This document shows, one piece after another, positions 25,828-34,785 of a stretch of DNA of 64,000 nucleotides. A program made the position numbers and the translations under genes. How positions within the stretch are numbered: position 1 is the stretch's first letter; each line of letters starts with the position of its first letter. The notes beneath the pieces were generated by a model, which did no database searches, was not told the DNA's origin, and saw only the letters and a list, made by a program, of their open reading frames with translations. Source of the DNA: Methanosarcinales archaeon (GTDB taxonomy: Archaea; Halobacteriota; Methanosarcinia; Methanosarcinales; Methanocomedenaceae); contig DAOUSF010000001.1 of assembly GCA_030627385.1 (NCBI GenBank), positions 12,077-76,076 on the forward strand. The letters are read 5' to 3'.

Positions 25828-27194
25828 AACATGGTGAAGAATTTAATCCTAGAATAAAGTTCTACGGACTTTTTGTTCCTAATTGCATAGCTATGAATGA
25901 TAAAATACTTGATGCTCCTAAGTTACTGTTAGGAAGATTAATGCAGTTTGCAGGAAAAGATGGAAAAGCTTATCCTACTGTGGGCAGATTAGCTATGGAG
26001 CTTGGATGGAGCAAAAAGAAAAGTCAAAGAAATATAAAGGTCCTGAAAGACATGGGCTTAATAAATGTAAGTAAATTAGAGCCTGACAACCCTATCTCTC
26101 CGAATATATACGCATTCCCATATAGCCCACTATACGACTTTGAACCGGGTGACAATGTTGACACCGGGTGTGATGGAGAAGACGATGGAACCTCTATACC
26201 GGGTGACACGGATGTCACCGGGCCGGTGTCACGGATGTCACCACATATAATAGAATCAGAAATAATAGAATCACCTATTTGTAATTCTTCTAAAGAAGAA
26301 TATGCTCCTGCGGAGCCTACCTCTGCGAGTGATAGTCCTCTTGATTACAATGGCTTACTTTGTTCAATGTGTAATGAACCTCAATTCTCTTGTAAATCAG
26401 GAGATACCTGCAAGAATGGGCATGGAGGAGTTGAAGGCATTGAAAAAGAAGAAATTGCTCCTATATCAATATTTCCTACTAAGTTAAAAAGGATTATTAA
26501 AACTCCGAATCCTTTCAAATATTCCCCTAAGACATTGAAAATCATTGTTCATTGGGAAAAACGTGGAGGTAAAGTTCATTATAAAACAACATCAGGCAAT
26601 GGGCTTGATAAAATCAAAAATATGATTGATTATGAATTATTAACTCCTGGATTAAACTCTTGCTATTCCCGACATACGAAAAATGATGACCTTAAAAAGA
26701 AACAGTGGACTGTAAATGAAATTTTGCAGTCAATTGATTTTTATACCCAAACTTTGAACAAAGATGTTTCCAAAATGTATTTCAGTCAGTTTGTGTGGAT
26801 AGAGTATTTTGGACCCGCATCCCGTCATCTTAGAAACCACTCACCTTTGCTTGACAGCTTTAGAAATCTTCCCGATGAAGCTACAGAAAAATGGCAAGCA
26901 TTGCTCAGGAAGAAATTCAATAAACTGTTTCCTTCAGTTGATATCAACTCCACAGTTCTTCTCAATACTGCCGCCTATCTTGTTCAACAAGATATAGAGT
27001 TTAAGGTTGTTGATAGTGGAGTACTTGGCAATCATATGGTGAATCTATATGTTGCCTATATGAGAAGGATAGTAACTGCTAAAGGTGATTATGAATCCTT
27101 AAAATATATGTCGGGACAAAAGAATCTGGATGATTTCGTCACATACTTCCTAACTAAATCAGTAAAGCTGAGAAAGAGGTCAAAACTTGCTTGA
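25824..27194 (+). CDS. putative replication initiator / helicase loader (N-terminal winged HTH)
   Basis: AYPTVGRLAMELGWSKKKSQRNIKVLKDMGLINV reads as a DnaD/replisome-organizer-like HTH. It lies directly upstream of the DnaB-like helicase and overlaps it. Confidence 0.5.
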   Translation: MKHGEEFNPRIKFYGLFVPNCIAMNDKILDAPKLLLGRLMQFAGKDGKAYPTVGRLAMELGWSKKKSQRNIKVLKDMGLINVSKLEPDNPISPNIYAFPYSPLYDFEPGDNVDTGCDGEDDGTSIPGDTDVTGPVSRMSPHIIESEIIESPICNSSKEEYAPAEPTSASDSPLDYNGLLCSMCNEPQFSCKSGDTCKNGHGGVEGIEKEEIAPISIFPTKLKRIIKTPNPFKYSPKTLKIIVHWEKRGGKVHYKTTSGNGLDKIKNMIDYELLTPGLNSCYSRHTKNDDLKKKQWTVNEILQSIDFYTQTLNKDVSKMYFSQFVWIEYFGPASRHLRNHSPLLDSFRNLPDEATEKWQALLRKKFNKLFPSVDINSTVLLNTAAYLVQQDIEFKVVDSGVLGNHMVNLYVAYMRRIVTAKGDYESLKYMSGQKNLDDFVTYFLTKSVKLRKRSKLA

Positions 27195-28701
27195 TACTAA
27201 AACCATTTCTTCCACAGAAGAAAAGCGGATTGTGACGGGTATGATTGTCTCCACTGAATTTATGCAGGCCATCAAGCCCATCTATTCTCTGGACTACTTC
27301 AAAAATTCTTATTTAAAAACAGTCGCCGAATGGGTGGATATATTCTTTGAGGAATACGGTAAAAGCCCTTTCCTGCATATAAAAGATATATTCGAGGCAG
27401 AGTCACATTATCTGGATGAAAATGATGTGGAAATGATTGAAATGCTTCTCGGTGATCTGGATGATAAATTCGATGAAGGAGAGATAAATCTAAAGTATTG
27501 GACAGACAGTGCAAATGATTATTTCCGTTCCCGGGAACTTGAGATAACGGTCAACAATATTTCCGTATTAAATGAGAAAGGAGATCTTGAAGGTGCTGAA
27601 AAGGAAATAGAGAACTTCAAGAAAGTTACCCTTGAGATTGATCAGGGGGCACTTATTAATCCTGGTGACTTAAATCAACAGGAGAGAATCTATGAAAAGA
27701 GGGAAAAGGATGATAAAAACTTTTTTCAACTTCCAGGGGATCTGGGAAAATATCTTGGTAATCAGAAACGTGGTGATGTTGTTGCTTATTACGGACCCGC
27801 CAAACGTGGTAAAACTTTCACCCTAATCAATCAATTCAAACATGGTGTCCTGAATAGACGTAAAACCTTATTCTGGTCCATAGAAATGACGGATACAGAA
27901 TGTCTCCCAAGAGTAAACAAATCCTTCTATCCTATGATAGACAAAGAACCCGGAATATATAAATTTCCTGTATTTGATTGTGTTCACAACCAGACTGGGG
28001 ATTGTGGGGATGGCTTGTCCCCTGCTATTCTTTATCAAGATGGAGATTTCGTAGACGACCCTACTCATATTCCTTGTACAAAGTGCCGAAAACATCCTGA
28101 TAATGCTGAATCAGTAAGGTATGAAATGGCAGTATATCAGGACTCTATTTATAGGGAACATGATGATATTTTTGCTATTCGTGAAGTCCATAAAAAATAT
28201 AAGAGGATGTTTGATAAATATGGCAGATTATCAATTCATCCCAAGTACACACTTACCTATGAAAAGATGATGCGTGATCTGGATGTTTTTTGGAGAACTC
28301 AGAAATGGTTTCCTGATATCCTGATCATTGATTATATTGACATTCTTGGAATTAATTCAAGCTTTGATGATTACAGGCTTGAAGATGAAAGATGGAAGTT
28401 ACTCGCTAAGATTGCAGGTGAAACAAACACACTGGTAATCACAGCGACACAGGCAAATAAAGCGGGCCATACTACTGATGTCTTGGACGCAACTCACCAG
28501 GGTGGATTTTATGGCAAGAACAGGCACGTTAACTTAATGGTTGGCTTAAATCAGCCAGCAGAAGACAAGGCACGGGGAATAATGAATTTTGGTATAACCG
28601 AAGCAAGGGACAAGGAATATATCCCAGGTCAAACATGTGCTGTATTACAGGACTTTAAGACCGGCCAAGCTTACTTAGATTCATATTACGCCTACGTGTA
28701 A
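27187..28701 (+). CDS. DnaB-like replicative DNA helicase
   Basis: Walker A YYGPAKRGKT, Walker B ILIIDYIDIL, and ITATQANKAG. TTG start in the track, so the start is uncertain. Confidence 0.75.
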   Translation: MLDTKTISSTEEKRIVTGMIVSTEFMQAIKPIYSLDYFKNSYLKTVAEWVDIFFEEYGKSPFLHIKDIFEAESHYLDENDVEMIEMLLGDLDDKFDEGEINLKYWTDSANDYFRSRELEITVNNISVLNEKGDLEGAEKEIENFKKVTLEIDQGALINPGDLNQQERIYEKREKDDKNFFQLPGDLGKYLGNQKRGDVVAYYGPAKRGKTFTLINQFKHGVLNRRKTLFWSIEMTDTECLPRVNKSFYPMIDKEPGIYKFPVFDCVHNQTGDCGDGLSPAILYQDGDFVDDPTHIPCTKCRKHPDNAESVRYEMAVYQDSIYREHDDIFAIREVHKKYKRMFDKYGRLSIHPKYTLTYEKMMRDLDVFWRTQKWFPDILIIDYIDILGINSSFDDYRLEDERWKLLAKIAGETNTLVITATQANKAGHTTDVLDATHQGGFYGKNRHVNLMVGLNQPAEDKARGIMNFGITEARDKEYIPGQTCAVLQDFKTGQAYLDSYYAYV

Positions 28702-28715
28702 AAGGAGGCATTACT

Positions 28716-29312
28716 ATGCCAGAAAAAATGTGGGAACCTGTAGAAGGTGTGAAAAGAGAAAAAGAGTGGATTGGTGTTAATCTTGATGGAACTCTTTCCG
28801 TTTACCATAATGAAGAATTTTATGGTAAATACGGTCCAGAAACAATTGGCGAACCTATCCCTGAAATGGTTGAAAGAGTAAAGTGGGGGGTCATGAACGG
28901 AAAGAGAGTAAAAATCTTTACTGCTCGGGCCTCTTTTAAAACAGCCAAGCATCTGGGAACTCAATCCTGGAAAATGAAAAAAGCTGTTCATCAATGGTTG
29001 CTTGACAATCTTGGATTTGATCTTGAGGTAACAAATGAAAAAGACTTTGCAATGGTTGAACTCTGGGATGATATCAGTCTTGTCTGTGTAGAACGTAATA
29101 CAGGAAAAGTATGTAATACTAATTTGGTAGAAAACCACACGGTTGTTAAAAAGGGAACTTTCATCTTGCGTTGTGAGCCTTCCGTTCCTATTGAGTTACG
29201 CCACCAAATGGGAGAATTGATCGGACAGCATGGATTTGATGTGCATGGATCTGGTGAAAGGCTTAACGGTAAATCATGTGATATCTCCTTTTCAAAAAAA
29301 CAGTTGATTTAA
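28716..29312 (+). CDS. HAD-superfamily phosphatase-like protein (motif I NLDGT)
   Basis: IGVNLDGTL (DxDxT-like), KIFTARA, ELWDDIS. RBS AAAGGAGG. Confidence 0.45.
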   Translation: MPEKMWEPVEGVKREKEWIGVNLDGTLSVYHNEEFYGKYGPETIGEPIPEMVERVKWGVMNGKRVKIFTARASFKTAKHLGTQSWKMKKAVHQWLLDNLGFDLEVTNEKDFAMVELWDDISLVCVERNTGKVCNTNLVENHTVVKKGTFILRCEPSVPIELRHQMGELIGQHGFDVHGSGERLNGKSCDISFSKKQLI

Positions 29313-29329
29313 GCTCTTTTAAACACAAA

Positions 29330-29371
29330 GCAGTATCATAGCACTAAAAACGCTTAAAACGCTTAAAAAGC
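29330..29371. repeat. intergenic ATCATAGCACTAAAAACG / (CGCTTAAAA)x2 element
   Basis: gcagtatcatagcactaaaaacgcttaaaacgcttaaaaagc. It shares its core with 5574 and 2025. Confidence 0.5.
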
Positions 29372-29409
29372 ATCAAATCCTTGTACACGGTTTGAAAGGA
29401 TTAAAAACA

Positions 29410-29619
29410 ATGATCATACGAATGAATCAAACAGAAGTAAAAATGGCGGAAACTTTTTTAGAAAAAGTAAAAACGGGTGAAGTGACTCACGGAGTTGTTT
29501 GCTACAGAGATAAAAAAGGAACAGTTTCTTATCAATTGTTTAGTCCTGAACATGTGACATATATAATAGGCATGATGGAAAGATGCAAGCATAAAATCAT
29601 GAATGATTTCGGAGAATAA
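29410..29619 (+). CDS. hypothetical protein
   Basis: ATG at 29410 within the track ORF 29392..29619. Confidence 0.5.
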   Translation: MIIRMNQTEVKMAETFLEKVKTGEVTHGVVCYRDKKGTVSYQLFSPEHVTYIIGMMERCKHKIMNDFGE

Positions 29620-29623
29620 ATTT

Positions 29624-29803
29624 ATGAAGGCATTTAAAAAAGATGAAAATTTTGGGGAAGCAGGTGAATGGCAAATTTGTGCTAAAGATAGAAGGGAAGT
29701 TGAATTAGCCTTTCAAGAATATTCTGATTTCTATATACAGGATGAAGCAATTGATGATATGATAGTGGTTCTTGAAAAATTAGGATATGTGAAAATTGAA
29801 TAA
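29624..29803 (+). CDS. hypothetical acidic protein
   Basis: ATG at 29624 after GGAGAA. Confidence 0.5.
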   Translation: MKAFKKDENFGEAGEWQICAKDRREVELAFQEYSDFYIQDEAIDDMIVVLEKLGYVKIE

Positions 29804-29914
29804 ACAAAAGGAATTTTTTAATACACCGACAATCGCAAGTAGCATTTACCAGGAGGAAGAGGATCAGGCAAGAAGGCTCACCCTTTGTTCATGAAACCAT
29901 TAAAGGAGACTAAA

Positions 29915-30409
29915 ATGAAGTATTTTCAAATTGAAGATCATTGGGATGAATTACTTCCCATTTATACTTGTAATCAGGCAACTGAAATTTGGTATAATGA
30001 AATGGAAGCCTATGGTAGAGGGAAAGATGAAGATTATGGATTAACAAACTGCCGTACAAACCCATTAACACCCGAATTAACACCTATGGATTATGATAGC
30101 TGTGATTGGAGACTTAATATAAACGAGGATGGTAGTTGTGGTCCTGTCATAGTAAGACCCGAATTTTGGAAATATGTTTGCCATAGTGCTTGTCATTGGC
30201 TGGTAAATTTAAGTTTATTTGTAGCACAACAATATACCCCTGAGAAACAATGGAGAATTGTTTCGGGTAAAGAACATTCTACTGTTTGGGATGGAGAAGA
30301 CACTTTATGGGATGCTAATTTTTTAGCTTTAGGTATTGATGCTGATGAAGCATGGAAGTTAGCTAATGATGTGCATTATCAACCAAATGAGTACATGCAA
30401 CACCTTTAA
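29915..30409 (+). CDS. hypothetical protein
   Basis: ATG at 29915 after AAAGGAGA; Trp- and Cys-rich; directly upstream of the que cluster. Confidence 0.6.
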   Translation: MKYFQIEDHWDELLPIYTCNQATEIWYNEMEAYGRGKDEDYGLTNCRTNPLTPELTPMDYDSCDWRLNINEDGSCGPVIVRPEFWKYVCHSACHWLVNLSLFVAQQYTPEKQWRIVSGKEHSTVWDGEDTLWDANFLALGIDADEAWKLANDVHYQPNEYMQHL

Positions 30410-30443
30410 GAAGTTTTTAAAATCGGTTAAAAGGAGGTAAATT

Positions 30444-31556
30444 ATGAAAGCATCCATAACTAATGTAATAAAATTTGAGACCGCTCACCAGTTGACTGAC
30501 TCTTACTCTGAGGAAGATAATACCTATACTTGCCCTGTGTGTAATAAGGAAGGAATAAAAAGCATATTTTCTCATTGCAGTAATACAGGTGATAGTGTTC
30601 ATTTAAACTGGATACAAAAATTAAACGATGAAATAAATGAAGAAATTGACAATCTTTTTCCTGATTATATGCAAATGGAAATAAATTTGAAATTGCAGGA
30701 GATTTTACCCACCCTGTCTCCTAATATTATTGCAAATAAGATCAGAAGCAGAGCAAAGGAAACAGGTATAAATACCAGAAAAGTATTAGGGAAATGTAGA
30801 ACTGGGTTAAATAATCCTGTACATACGAAAGGAACAAAGGATAAAATATCTAAATCAGTCAAGAAGAAGTGGGAAGAAGGTTCTTATTCAGATAGAATAA
30901 ATGGAATGCAAGGGAAATTAGGGCCTTTATCAGGAAGATACGATCCATCAATTCATACCATAGAACATAAAGGTCTATATTATTTTAATTCTTTTTTATC
31001 TGAATTTCAAGATATTTCAGTGTGTTCAAGATGTAAGGGTGTTGAAAATAAAATTAATGTACACCACATTGACGAGGACCATAAAAACTTTCTACCGTCA
31101 AATCTTGAGCCCTTGTGTGTGCTCTGTCATATGTCCAATCACTACAAACAAGTTAAGAAGCCATTCGTTACTATAGGAAAAGAATTTACATTTGCGGCGG
31201 CACATCAATTACCAAACCACCAAGGGATGTGTCAATATCTCCATGGACATGAATGGAAGCTTAGAATTGAGTTGAAAAAGAGGGTAGATTTTAAAACAGG
31301 AATGGTAATGGACTTTTCTGATTTGAAAAAAATAGTGAAGGAGCATGTAATATCTATACTTGATCATAACACCTTAAATGAGATAATATATAATCCGACA
31401 GCCGAGAATATCCTAATATGGATCTGGGAAAAACTAATGTTTGAAGGCCTGCTCAAGGGAATTTATAAAATTCATTTATGGGAATCATCCGATAGTGTAG
31501 CAGTACTTGACCAGAAAGGGATGTTATCCGTTTTTACTGAAAAAGGAGTAAAATAA
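30444..31556 (+). CDS. queD: HNH/NUMOD endonuclease module fused in frame to 6-carboxytetrahydropterin synthase QueD
   Basis: Residues about 240-370 form a full QueD (EFTFAAAHQLPNHQGMCQYLHGHEW, LDHNTLNE, PTAENI). Residues 18-239 carry NUMOD3-like GLNNPVHTKGTKDKISKS and HNH NVHHIDEDHKN...CVLCH. Residues 1-17 repeat the QueD start (VIKFETAHQL). Confidence 0.8.
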   Translation: MKASITNVIKFETAHQLTDSYSEEDNTYTCPVCNKEGIKSIFSHCSNTGDSVHLNWIQKLNDEINEEIDNLFPDYMQMEINLKLQEILPTLSPNIIANKIRSRAKETGINTRKVLGKCRTGLNNPVHTKGTKDKISKSVKKKWEEGSYSDRINGMQGKLGPLSGRYDPSIHTIEHKGLYYFNSFLSEFQDISVCSRCKGVENKINVHHIDEDHKNFLPSNLEPLCVLCHMSNHYKQVKKPFVTIGKEFTFAAAHQLPNHQGMCQYLHGHEWKLRIELKKRVDFKTGMVMDFSDLKKIVKEHVISILDHNTLNEIIYNPTAENILIWIWEKLMFEGLLKGIYKIHLWESSDSVAVLDQKGMLSVFTEKGVK

Positions 31557-32215
31557 TGTTTGTAGCTGATATATTTGAATCATTCCACGGAGAAGTGAAT
31601 GGACATCACCAAGGACGAATTGTCACATTCATACGCCTCTCTGGATGTAATCTTAGATGTTCCTATTGTGATACCAAAGAAACATGGGATAAACTTTATG
31701 GGGAAAATCTTAGCCCTCTTCTAATCCTTAACAGAGTTAAAGAATTAGGACATAAACACGTTTGTATTACAGGTGGCGAGCCTTTACTGGATAAGGCGGC
31801 AGTACTGGATTTAATGCATATATTATCAGAGGAAGGGTATCGCATATCCGTTGAAACAAATGGCACTATCAGTATCACTCCTTTTGTTAGATTTGTGGAT
31901 AGCTTTATTATTGATTGGAAAATACCCCCCAGACCGTTTAAAGGAAAGAATCTATTCCTTGAATCTAATTTGGTAAATTTAAGGAATACAGATATTATCA
32001 AGTTTGTGGTTATGGATGAAGATGATGTTATACTGGGAATAAAACTAACGGAAATAATTATCAGAGACAAATATAAATCAAATACTCTGGTTGCTTTTTC
32101 TCCTATTATTTCAGAAGATTTTTTACCAAAGCACTTAGCAAACGCATTGCTTTACCATAAAGCTAAAAACTGTATTTTATCTGTCCAGATTCATAAACTT
32201 ATTGATTTCAAATAA
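31556..32215 (+). CDS. queE: 7-carboxy-7-deazaguanine synthase QueE (radical SAM)
   Basis: FIRLSGCNLRCSYCDT radical-SAM cluster motif and ITGGEPLL. The start is coupled to the queD stop. Confidence 0.85.
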   Translation: MFVADIFESFHGEVNGHHQGRIVTFIRLSGCNLRCSYCDTKETWDKLYGENLSPLLILNRVKELGHKHVCITGGEPLLDKAAVLDLMHILSEEGYRISVETNGTISITPFVRFVDSFIIDWKIPPRPFKGKNLFLESNLVNLRNTDIIKFVVMDEDDVILGIKLTEIIIRDKYKSNTLVAFSPIISEDFLPKHLANALLYHKAKNCILSVQIHKLIDFK

Positions 32216-32279
32216 TGGTCCTGTGCAACATGCCGATATTACACGGATTTAATCTTAATGATTTTTTATTAAAAAGTGC

Positions 32280-32308
32280 TTGACTTCTCATTCATTTTTC
32301 ATTAAGAT
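32280..32308 (+). promoter_or_regulatory. class-2 promoter, copy f
   Basis: TTGACT-17 nt-TAAGAT, preceded by the A/T tract attttttattaaaaagtgc. Confidence 0.55.
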
Positions 32309-32378
32309 GTATTTAAATTGTTCAAGAGTGAAAAAGCAGTTCAAGAGTAAATTTAATTAATTTTTAAGGAGAAAGAAA

Positions 32379-32948
32379 ATGGCAAAACTGACAGACGCCC
32401 AGAAAGCAGAAATGGCAAAATTAAAAGCGATTCCCAATGATTTGATGAAATTATCCATTGCATCCCTCAATACCTTCTTGACCAGCAAGGAAAAAGACAA
32501 AATGCCCAAAGCAAAATCCAAGGGCGAAGCCGTAAAACTTTTTACCGATGCAATTGCAGGCCTGCTTGAAGCTGACCTGGGTGAAGAAATTCCGGAAGAT
32601 GTTGCAACTTTTTATAACGACCATGTTGTGGGTGACGATGCAGAGGCTGGTGATACAGGTGCTGATGATGGAAAAGCCGCCCCCAAGCCCAAAGCTGACA
32701 AGACCAAAACAACCAAACCCCGGAAAACCAAAGCGGAAATACAAGCCCGGTATGATGCAATCTCTGCCATGATCGTCACAGGTAAACATACCAAAAAGGA
32801 AATCGTGGATGAAGTTGCTCCCAAGTTTCCGGATGTCACGGTCAGCACCATCTCCACATTTGTGCAGGACTGTATGAATGTTAAATACAACAAATTGCCC
32901 AAGTTGACGGTTAAGGCCGAAGACGGAAAACTCTCCTTCGCCAAATAG
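32379..32948 (+). CDS. Lys/Ala-rich putative DNA-binding protein (paralog of the 3116..3625 C-domain)
   Basis: RBS AAGGAGAAAG. Central AAPKPKADKTKTTKPRKTK tract. The C-domain is shared with the 3116 ORF. The gene has its own promoter and terminator. Confidence 0.75.
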   Translation: MAKLTDAQKAEMAKLKAIPNDLMKLSIASLNTFLTSKEKDKMPKAKSKGEAVKLFTDAIAGLLEADLGEEIPEDVATFYNDHVVGDDAEAGDTGADDGKAAPKPKADKTKTTKPRKTKAEIQARYDAISAMIVTGKHTKKEIVDEVAPKFPDVTVSTISTFVQDCMNVKYNKLPKLTVKAEDGKLSFAK

Positions 32949-32985
32949 TCCTGCCCCTATGACATTTAATGAGTAACCCCGAAAA

Positions 32986-33028
32986 GGCGGAGCGTCCCTC
33001 AATTCCAACAGCTCCGCCTTTTTTATTT
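32986..33028 (+). terminator. rho-independent terminator
   Basis: GGCGGAGC (32986-32993) pairs with GCTCCGCC (33011-33018) and is followed by TTTTTTATTT. Confidence 0.8.
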
Positions 33029-33043
33029 CAAAAGGAAAACGAT

Positions 33044-33718
33044 ATGAATGGAGCCGTTGTATTGTTAAGTGGAGGACAAGATTCTACCACGTCATTATTT
33101 TGGGCTTTGTCCAAATATGATGACGTTTTTGCCTTGATTCTTGACTATGGACAGAGGCACAGGATAGAAATAGAATCAGCAAAGAAAATTGCTGAATTGG
33201 CTGGTGTCGAGTATATGGTAATTGACCTTAACTTCTTTAAAGAAATAGGCAACTCTGCCTTGATTGGGGATGTATCAGAAGTAAATGAACCGCATTCCTG
33301 TGATTCAAATCTGCCCGCATCATTTGTCCCTGGAAGAAATCTGATTTTTATCACTATCGCCTCTATGGTAGCATATAAGAGAGGACTGAACGCTGTTGTT
33401 ACTGGTGTTTGCCAAACAGATTATTCGGGATATCCTGATTGCAGGAACGCCACAATGAGGGCATTAAATGAGGCAATCGTGAAGGGCTTGGATAAAGCTA
33501 TCTTGATCAGTACACCTTTGATGTGGTTGACAAAAGAGGAAACTGTCAGACTGGCTCAGTCATTTGAAGGCTGTATGGAAGCTCTGGCATATTCTCATAC
33601 TTGTTATAATGGAGAGTATCCTCCCTGTATGCATTGTCCCTCATGCTGTTTAAGGACAAGAGGATTCAAAGAAGCAGGTGTAAGGGATCCACTGATTGTG
33701 AGGTACTATGATAAGTAG
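33044..33718 (+). CDS. queC: 7-cyano-7-deazaguanine synthase QueC
   Basis: MNGAVVLLSGGQDSTT (SGGxDS PP-loop). C-terminal Cys cluster CYNG..PPCMHCPSCCLRTRGF. The ATG at 33044 lies downstream of the terminator. Confidence 0.9.
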   Translation: MNGAVVLLSGGQDSTTSLFWALSKYDDVFALILDYGQRHRIEIESAKKIAELAGVEYMVIDLNFFKEIGNSALIGDVSEVNEPHSCDSNLPASFVPGRNLIFITIASMVAYKRGLNAVVTGVCQTDYSGYPDCRNATMRALNEAIVKGLDKAILISTPLMWLTKEETVRLAQSFEGCMEALAYSHTCYNGEYPPCMHCPSCCLRTRGFKEAGVRDPLIVRYYDK

Positions 33719-34319
33719 AAAATATCCAGGTGCCATTCTTGCCAATGCATCAAAGCATGACCGAATCAAAGCATTGGTACATGATCTTTTGGTGGAAATC
33801 AATGAAAATCCAAATAGAACGGGATTGAAAGATACCCCTGAACGTGTTGCCAAAATGTACTCTGAAATATTCAGAGGATACGATGATTCACAGAAACCGA
33901 ACCTTACTGTTTTTCCAAATGACGATGATGGGCTTTCCTTCAAAGGTATGATAATTGATCAAGGATACTTTTTCAGTCATTGTGAGCATCATATGGTTCC
34001 CTTCTTTGGTCATTATTACTTCGGATATATTCCCGATAAAACACTGATTGGCGCCTCAAAGATTGGTAGATTGATCAATTTCCATTCAGCCAAATTGCAG
34101 ATAGCGGAGCGCCTGTGTCGTGTTGTGATAGATGACATTGAGGAGGCTGTGAAACCTCAGGGTTGTATTCTCATAATGACTGCCCGCCATTTGTGTAAAG
34201 AAATGAGAGGAGTCAAGATGTTTAACAGCCCGTTTGAGGCGGACGATGCACGTGGTTGCTTCCTTGAAAATCATGCAGGATGTAAAGATGAATTTATTAG
34301 CAGAATAGGAATTAAATAA
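33708..34319 (+). CDS. folE: GTP cyclohydrolase I FolE
   Basis: TGLKDTPERVAKMY, CEHHMVPFFG, KLQIAERL. Confidence 0.9.
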   Translation: MISRKYPGAILANASKHDRIKALVHDLLVEINENPNRTGLKDTPERVAKMYSEIFRGYDDSQKPNLTVFPNDDDGLSFKGMIIDQGYFFSHCEHHMVPFFGHYYFGYIPDKTLIGASKIGRLINFHSAKLQIAERLCRVVIDDIEEAVKPQGCILIMTARHLCKEMRGVKMFNSPFEADDARGCFLENHAGCKDEFISRIGIK

Positions 34320-34784
34320 ATGAAACATAAACATCTTGGATCAAACAAAACGGACTATCAGTTCTCCGAGCCCTCGGCTGATCTTCTGGACACATTCAAA
34401 AACAAACACCCTAATATCTATCTGGTACCATTTGTTATGCCCCGGGATGAGTTCACAAGTCTTTGTCCCGTCACGAATCAGCCTGACCAGGCAAAGATTG
34501 AAATAATCTATGTGCCTTTCGATGATATGGTTGAAAGTAAGTCCTTGAAACTGTATCTTTTCTCCTTTAGAAATAACGGAGAGTTTCATGAGGATGTTAT
34601 TAACAGAATAGCCAAGGATCTGTATTCAGCAATGAAGCCCTTGTATATTCGTGTTTATGGTGACTTTGCTCCACGTGGGGGTATTGCAATCAAACCCATG
34701 GTTGAATTGTGGAATTCCAATGACCCTCATGATACAAAGCTGATTGAAAATTATGTGAAAATGTGGGACAGGAAAAGGAATTAA
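34320..34784 (+). CDS. queF: NADPH-dependent 7-cyano-7-deazaguanine reductase QueF (unimodular YkvM type)
   Basis: [14 protein letters not shown] (catalytic Cys), QueF motif [17 protein letters not shown], and FAPRGGIAI. Confidence 0.9.
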   Translation: MKHKHLGSNKTDYQFSEPSADLLDTFKNKHPNIYLVPFVMPRDEFTSLCPVTNQPDQAKIEIIYVPFDDMVESKSLKLYLFSFRNNGEFHEDVINRIAKDLYSAMKPLYIRVYGDFAPRGGIAIKPMVELWNSNDPHDTKLIENYVKMWDRKRN

Positions 34785-34785
34785 T

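Noticed and set aside
30495-31160. Possible intein in QueD.
   Set aside because: The insert lacks an N-terminal Cys/Ser, block B TxxH, a terminal Asn and a nucleophilic +1 residue. It carries HNH and NUMOD motifs instead, so I treat it as an endonuclease fusion.
32451-33008. Several long ORFs in four other frames across 32451-33008 (32451..33008-, 32612..32944-, 32542..32760-, 32548..32772+).
   Set aside because: They result from the locally stop-poor, GC-richer composition of the 32379..32948 gene. Only the plus-strand ORF has a promoter, an RBS, a terminator and a paralog.
32969-33043. N-terminal extension of QueC suggested by the track ORF 32969..33718.
   Set aside because: The extension would be translated through the rho-independent terminator at 32986-33028. 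The canonical QueC N-terminus (MNGAVVLLSGGQDS) begins at the ATG at 33044, which has its own purine-rich upstream sequence.
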